This document shows positions 26,938 to 32,000 of a stretch of DNA of 32,000 nt, in pieces. The notes under the pieces are model-generated. The model had not been told where the DNA came from and made no database searches. It was given only the letters and a program-made list of their open reading frames with translations. This DNA is from Promethearchaeia archaeon. Lineage in GTDB: Archaea; Asgardarchaeota; Lokiarchaeia; Sigyniarchaeales; SOKP01. The position numbers were made by a program, and so were the translations under genes. The stretch's first letter is position 1, and each line of letters begins with the position of its first letter. The stretch is from NCBI GenBank assembly GCA_046497275.1, contig JAWOFX010000061.1:69900-101899 (forward strand), read 5' to 3'.

Positions 26938-29900
26938 ATGAGAAAAAAACTAATAAGATATAAGTTTAGAATATTTCTAATGATTATAATTGGAATCCTT
27001 TTGCTTCAGATTGCTTTCTTCACACCAAATGGAATGATAAAGGACAATGTAATAGAAGATAAAAGAAAGATTAAAGAATCAAATTTTTGGGTTTTGACTA
27101 CTAAAATTCATATAGATAATAATTGGACGGCTACGAATAGCACATTTGATTGGTGCACAGGATCAGGTACGCCGGCAGATCCATATATTATTGAAAATGT
27201 AACTATTGACGCTCAGAATGAGGGAAGTTGTATATATATAAAGAATACAGTTGAATACTTCATTATCCAAAATTGTACGCTGACTAATTCGCAAGCCTCT
27301 CCTAACGCTGCCATCCGTTTAGATTATGTAAGCAATGGAAAGATCCTTGATAATAATATTACTAACAATGCCGGAAGGTCAGTATCATTATATGGAGGGA
27401 ATAACAATTTAGTCGAAGATAATACTATGGCAAATAATGGATACGGTGTTACTTTATCCTACAGTAATAATAACAGAATCTTAAAAAATTATATTCAAGA
27501 TACTGATTTATACGGAATATATCTCTGGGATAGCGATAACAATTATATCTCGGAAAACGAAATAAAGCATTGCGGTTACTATGCTGGTGGATATCATGGA
27601 ATATACATTTCAGAAAGTGGAACTCCTAGCTTTGTTGATAGCATTAATAATACCATAATTTATAATCATGTAGATAATAGCCGAAAAAGCGGAATTTATA
27701 TAAATTCATGTGATAATAATACGATCTTTGGAAACAATATTGAAAATAACCTCGATTATGGGGTTCATCTCGATGATAGCGATGATGTAAATATTATCGG
27801 CAATAAAATTCATGGTAATAGCGATGGATGTGTCTCAGTCCAATCTAGTTTGAATACGAAAGAAGAGTGGAATGTCTGTAATTATGAGCTTGATCCGTTT
27901 ATTATTGATGAGCTTGGAGGAGGTGATTTCACCTGGAATCGAGTTTCTCAGTTCGCATGGTGTTCGGGCAAGGGAAGCTATAGTGATCCATATATTATTG
28001 AAAATGTAACTATTGACGCTCAGAATGAGGGAAGTTGTATATATATAAAGAATACAGTTGAATACTTCATTATCCAAAATTGTACGCTGACTAATTCGCA
28101 AGCCTCTCCTAACGCTGCCATCCGTTTAGATTATGTAAGCAATGGAAAGATCCTTGATAATAGTATTACGAATAATGCTGGAAGGTCAGTTTCATTATAT
28201 GGAGGGAGTAACAATTTAGTCGAAGATAATACCATGGTAAATAATGGATATGGAGTTACATTGACCTATGGAGGTAATAATAAAGTATTTAATAATTACA
28301 TAGAAGATGCCGATTTATACGGTATACAACTCTGGAACAGCGATAATAACATTATTTATGAGAATGAAGTAAACCATTGTGGTTATTATGGTGGTACATG
28401 GCATGGAATCTACATTTCAGAAAGTGGAAATCCTAGCACAAATAATACCATTCGAGGAAATTATGTCCATGGCAACAAAGGAAGCGGAATATATGTCGAT
28501 TCGAGTGATAATAACACCATTTTAGGGAATACTATTGAGAGTAACCTCGATTATGGGGTCTATCTTGATGATAGTGATGATGTAAACATTATTGGCAATA
28601 AAATTCAGTTTAATAGTGATGGATGTATATCAACAGGAACTAGTTTAAATACCAAGGAAGAATGGAATGTATGTAATCATATACTTGATCCTTTTATTAT
28701 TGATGAGCTTGGAGGAGGTAATTTCACTTGGGATCAAGTTTCTCAATTCGCATGGTGTACTGGTGATGGAAGCTATAGTAATCCTTATAGCATAGCGAGT
28801 GTGGTTATTGATGCCCAGTCTGTAGGATCTTGTATTAGAATAGAGAACTCTTATGATAATTATTTTAGCATAGAAGGTTGTCTCATCATGAATGCTCAAG
28901 CCACTGGAGGTGAAGCTGGGATATTTTTAGACGAGGTGCATAATGGTACCATTTATAATTGCGAAATAAGCTATAATTATGCGGGAATTATTTTATCTAA
29001 TTCTAAAAACATTACGATCGAGGGTAATAGCATAGATAGCAATCCAGGACAAGGAATTATCCTTGACCACAGTGAATGGAATCTAATTATTGATAATGAG
29101 CAGGAAGGGAGCAAATATTATGGATTGTTTCTTCAGGCGGATAGTAATAATAACTCAATAAGTGGTAATAGATTCCAATATAATACAGGGGCGGCAACTC
29201 ATGGCGATGGAATTCGAATAAAAAATAGTGAAAGCAATAATGTCACTGATAACATTCTCACTTATAATGATAGAGGGATAAAAGTTGAAGATGGTTCTTA
29301 TTATAATAGAATAGTTAATAATACCATTCTTTACAATTCAAATTATGGTGCGCTCGTGATTGCAGATCCTTCAAACAGCATTAATAATCTCTTTTATTTA
29401 AATAGGTTCAATAACACGGTTTACAATGCTTTTGATAATGGAACAAATACACAGTGGGATAACGGTCTTATTGGAAATTACTGGAGTGATTATGGTGGTA
29501 TAGATGCAAATGATGACGGGATAGGGGACACTCCATATTTAATTTCAGGTACAGGAACAACGGTAGATGAATTTCCAATATGGGATGATGGAGATAGCAT
29601 TAGCCCAATTATCACTATTCTAAGTCCTCTGAATAATTCAAAATACAATATTACCGCACCTAACTATTCGATTTCTATCGTTGAAGAAAATTTAGATACT
29701 TATTATTATGTAATCACAGGAACATCAGGAAATTTCACCCAAATTATTCAAAATTTATCAGGATCCATTAATCAAACTTTATGGGATTTATTACCCGAGG
29801 GAACATATATTCTGAAATTTTTTGTAAATGATACCGCTGGAAATTCCGCATCGGCAAGTATAATTATTAATAAGGAAAGCATAACAGAAACCGCTCCTCC

Positions 29901-29997
29901 AGAGATTCCTTTTGGCTCGTTTTATCTCATTATCGCCATTCTTAGTATTGTATCGCTATTTATCTCAATAGAAATCAAGGTTAAGAAGTCAAGCTAA
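26938..29997 (+). CDS. Cell-surface right-handed parallel beta-helix (NosD/CASH-like) protein, three modules plus Ig-like domain and C-terminal membrane anchor
   Basis: N-terminal signal/TM. Three WCxGxG...PYxI-capped modules with GIxLxxSxNNxIxxN repeats, GNYWSDY...DANDDGIGDTPY, Ig-like ITILSP...VNDTAGN, C-terminal IPFG-TM-KVKK tail. Confidence 0.92.
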   Translation: MRKKLIRYKFRIFLMIIIGILLLQIAFFTPNGMIKDNVIEDKRKIKESNFWVLTTKIHIDNNWTATNSTFDWCTGSGTPADPYIIENVTIDAQNEGSCIYIKNTVEYFIIQNCTLTNSQASPNAAIRLDYVSNGKILDNNITNNAGRSVSLYGGNNNLVEDNTMANNGYGVTLSYSNNNRILKNYIQDTDLYGIYLWDSDNNYISENEIKHCGYYAGGYHGIYISESGTPSFVDSINNTIIYNHVDNSRKSGIYINSCDNNTIFGNNIENNLDYGVHLDDSDDVNIIGNKIHGNSDGCVSVQSSLNTKEEWNVCNYELDPFIIDELGGGDFTWNRVSQFAWCSGKGSYSDPYIIENVTIDAQNEGSCIYIKNTVEYFIIQNCTLTNSQASPNAAIRLDYVSNGKILDNSITNNAGRSVSLYGGSNNLVEDNTMVNNGYGVTLTYGGNNKVFNNYIEDADLYGIQLWNSDNNIIYENEVNHCGYYGGTWHGIYISESGNPSTNNTIRGNYVHGNKGSGIYVDSSDNNTILGNTIESNLDYGVYLDDSDDVNIIGNKIQFNSDGCISTGTSLNTKEEWNVCNHILDPFIIDELGGGNFTWDQVSQFAWCTGDGSYSNPYSIASVVIDAQSVGSCIRIENSYDNYFSIEGCLIMNAQATGGEAGIFLDEVHNGTIYNCEISYNYAGIILSNSKNITIEGNSIDSNPGQGIILDHSEWNLIIDNEQEGSKYYGLFLQADSNNNSISGNRFQYNTGAATHGDGIRIKNSESNNVTDNILTYNDRGIKVEDGSYYNRIVNNTILYNSNYGALVIADPSNSINNLFYLNRFNNTVYNAFDNGTNTQWDNGLIGNYWSDYGGIDANDDGIGDTPYLISGTGTTVDEFPIWDDGDSISPIITILSPLNNSKYNITAPNYSISIVEENLDTYYYVITGTSGNFTQIIQNLSGSINQTLWDLLPEGTYILKFFVNDTAGNSASASIIINKESITETAPPEIPFGSFYLIIAILSIVSLFISIEIKVKKSS
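27178..27355 (+). repeat. 178-bp exact direct repeat, copy 1 (copy 2 at 27985..28162)
   Basis: Base-by-base comparison shows identity from GATCCATATATT to CTTGATAATA at an offset of 807 nt (269 codons). Confidence 0.93.
27985..28162 (+). repeat. 178-bp exact direct repeat, copy 2
   Basis: Identical to 27178..27355. Both flanks differ. Confidence 0.93.
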
Positions 29998-30006
29998 AAT
30001 TAAATC

Positions 30007-30023
30007 TTTTTTTTCCTTTTTTT
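30007..30023 (+). terminator. Oligo-T terminator (putative) after the beta-helix gene
   Basis: T8-CC-T7 starting 10 nt after the stop at 29997. Confidence 0.5.
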
Positions 30024-30101
30024 GATTTTAACTTAATTGAGATGTTAATATGCTTTCAAATTAAGAATATTTTTTAATAGTTTTTAATTTTTCAAATCAA
30101 T

Positions 30102-30509
30102 CTAAAAATTAAAGTCGCTCTGCCATTTCTTATATCCAAGTTTCCAGAGCTTTAAACGCGCTTTATCAACTTTATTATCTAATTCAATTTTCGGTTTTGG
30201 ATTATCCATAATTTCTCGATACCGAGAATAATATTCATCGGCGTTTGGATGTCCCTCAATTAAATTTAATATTGCTTGTTCGGTAAAGTATAAAATTAAA
30301 TCGGGTTCAATTTTAGGATTTTCTTTGGTCATAGTTAATGAATTTTCTGTATCTTTAAATAAATAGTAGTGTAATTTAGGATCTTTCTCATTAGTTGAAT
30401 TTTCAAAAATATAATATTCCCAACATGCACCTACGTCTAAATGTCTCATTAAGTCTAAAGTATTTGGGAAATATTTTTTTAGTTTATCGTAAAGCAGATC
30501 CGATTCCAT
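30102..30509 (-). CDS. Hypothetical protein, possible divergent SCP2 (sterol carrier/lipid-binding) fold
   Basis: 135 aa. EPDLILYFTEQAILNLIEG resembles the SCP2 'PDxTxxxxxxxFxxLxxG' segment. 12-nt gap to the upstream ALDH. Confidence 0.6.
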   Translation of the reverse strand: MESDLLYDKLKKYFPNTLDLMRHLDVGACWEYYIFENSTNEKDPKLHYYLFKDTENSLTMTKENPKIEPDLILYFTEQAILNLIEGHPNADEYYSRYREIMDNPKPKIELDNKVDKARLKLWKLGYKKWQSDFNF

Positions 30510-30521
30510 TTTTAAGCATTT

Positions 30522-32000
30522 TTATTTGATTTTATCTAAATTTACGGGAGTTTGATCATTTACATACTTCTGATATACCAATTCCTGTGGATAATATTTA
30601 GCACCTGGCGGGTATGCGCTGTCTTTGATTCCTCCCAAGGCTACAGTGATATCAGTAAGCATAGGTTTAGCATTAATATATAAGTTAGCAGCTTCTAATC
30701 TTTTCTTAAAAATTTCAATTTGATCTAAATCACTACAATAGACTGCAGCCCTCATACCATAATTACTTGCATTTGCAAGTCTTATTGCGTCATCAAAATC
30801 ATCAGCTTTCGTGACTGATCTTACTGGTCCAAATGCCTCTTCTCTCCATAAAAATGGTGCCTTGCTTAAATCTTCACATAACTCGGGTTTGATCTCCACG
30901 AGAGTTGGTTCATAGAAAAGGCCATAATCTTTCCCAGTGTCAACTTTTTCTGCACCAGTATATATCTTAGCATCATACTTTTGCGCATCTGCAACCATCA
31001 CCTCCATCATCATTAAAATCTTTCTACTCCCCAATGGGCCAATATCAACCATTGGATCAGTTGGATCTCCATATTTTAGTTTCTCCATTTCTTTAACCAA
31101 ACACTCAATATAATCATCGTAAATATCTTTATGGACAATAATACGCTTCATCGAAAAACATTGCTGGCCAGAGTTAGTATAACTTGCATCTGCATTCCAT
31201 TTTGCAACCTGTTCTAGATTCACATCATCCATAATTATGCCTGCATCATTTCCCGCACATTCGAATACAAATTTTTTGAAAGGCATTTGATACATTGGCA
31301 ATCCCATTGATTTATCTACGCTTTTCTTTAACATTTTAGCGTAGCTCACTAAAATATCTTTTGCTGTATGTGAGGAACTGATGGAGAGAAAAACTTTAAC
31401 TAATTCGTTTTTAATGAATTCATCCACAGCCCATTGTCCCGGAGCAATAACTATATCAAGGGCATCAACACCGGGAATTTCAGCATCTTCCATCATATTA
31501 TATGCGTTAAGCATCGTTAAAGGGCATGCAGTAGATGGTTTCACTATTGCTGGATTCCCGACTAAATAATTTGCGCCCATTTGATATATAGGTAAGCTTA
31601 GAGGTGTATTTCTCGGAGCTATACAAGTTGTAAGTCCTTGCGGGATAAATAATAATTTAGCATAATCTTCTCCGTCAATACTCGTGAGAGTCTTATCTTC
31701 CATAAATTGATAATACCACTCACAGAATTTAAATCCATTTGAAACTATGGCAATTTCCCATTCAGAATATTTAATAGGAAGTCCTCCTTCTGCAACAATT
31801 AGGTCTTTCAGTTCTTTCTTCTTAAAACGTAATCTTGTGGCAAATTTAGATAAAATTTGTGCCCTTTCGAAAAAATCCATCTCTCTGAGCTTATATTGAT
31901 TTCGATGGATCGTCTTAATTTTAGATTTTATAGTTTCAGGGGTATCGCTAGGTATTCTATCGATCTCCTCCCCTGTGTATTTATTTTTTATTATTAATTC
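30522..32000 (-). CDS. Aldehyde dehydrogenase superfamily protein, divergent (5' end outside the window)
   Basis: PRNTP (Asn), KPST, FECAGND (Glu), NSGQQC (Cys), EEAFGPV, NASNYG. The frame stays open past the listed 31880 start to 32000 (ELIIKNKYTGEEIDRIP...), a typical ALDH N-terminus. Confidence 0.92.
   Translation of the reverse strand, partial: ELIIKNKYTGEEIDRIPSDTPETIKSKIKTIHRNQYKLREMDFFERAQILSKFATRLRFKKKELKDLIVAEGGLPIKYSEWEIAIVSNGFKFCEWYYQFMEDKTLTSIDGEDYAKLLFIPQGLTTCIAPRNTPLSLPIYQMGANYLVGNPAIVKPSTACPLTMLNAYNMMEDAEIPGVDALDIVIAPGQWAVDEFIKNELVKVFLSISSSHTAKDILVSYAKMLKKSVDKSMGLPMYQMPFKKFVFECAGNDAGIIMDDVNLEQVAKWNADASYTNSGQQCFSMKRIIVHKDIYDDYIECLVKEMEKLKYGDPTDPMVDIGPLGSRKILMMMEVMVADAQKYDAKIYTGAEKVDTGKDYGLFYEPTLVEIKPELCEDLSKAPFLWREEAFGPVRSVTKADDFDDAIRLANASNYGMRAAVYCSDLDQIEIFKKRLEAANLYINAKPMLTDITVALGGIKDSAYPPGAKYYPQELVYQKYVNDQTPVNLDKIK

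Noticed and set aside
27835-28899. Mutually similar antisense ORFs 27835..28101 and 28645..28899
   Set aside because: Their similarity is a by-product of the sense-strand module duplication.
1-32000. CRISPR array, IS element, prophage or rRNA
   Set aside because: No regularly spaced repeats, transposase, terminal inverted repeats with target duplications, viral hallmark genes or long GC-rich structured RNA seen. The only long exact repeat is intragenic.

Overview
AT-rich archaeal chromosomal window, most likely an Asgard archaeon of the Lokiarchaeia/Promethearchaeota. This is an inference from the archaeal-type GluRS, a tRNA with a bulge-helix-bulge (BHB) intron, oligo-T terminators, an MtxX/methanogenesis-marker-4 homolog and a beta-helix surface protein with a Loki-CTERM-like tail. 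It holds about 31 densely packed CDSs (two cut by the window edges) and two tRNAs: Pro(GGG), and Arg(GCG) with a 28-nt BHB intron. Content is mostly housekeeping, metabolism and stress response: tandem aldo/keto reductases, gltX, ADP-ribosylglycohydrolase, SGNH and HAD hydrolases, a sugar-phosphate nucleotidyltransferase, a histidine kinase, a peroxiredoxin/PerR-like divergon, amidase, GpmI, MFS, a ThDP enzyme, Hsp20 and an ALDH. No CRISPR array, transposase, integrase or rRNA is visible. Best leads: (i) a small 3-TM protein that appears paralogous to the 3-TM input module of the adjacent kinase (possible split sensor); (ii) a 178-bp exact intragenic repeat in an otherwise diverged duplication of the surface protein; (iii) MtxX in a probable non-methanogen; (iv) a plant/trypanosomatid-like iPGM; (v) an ALDH with a remodelled nucleotide-binding motif next to an SCP2-like gene; (vi) a 7-1-7 Per/Fur-type box in the prx-perR intergenic region. 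All family calls come from motif recognition by eye; no searches were run.
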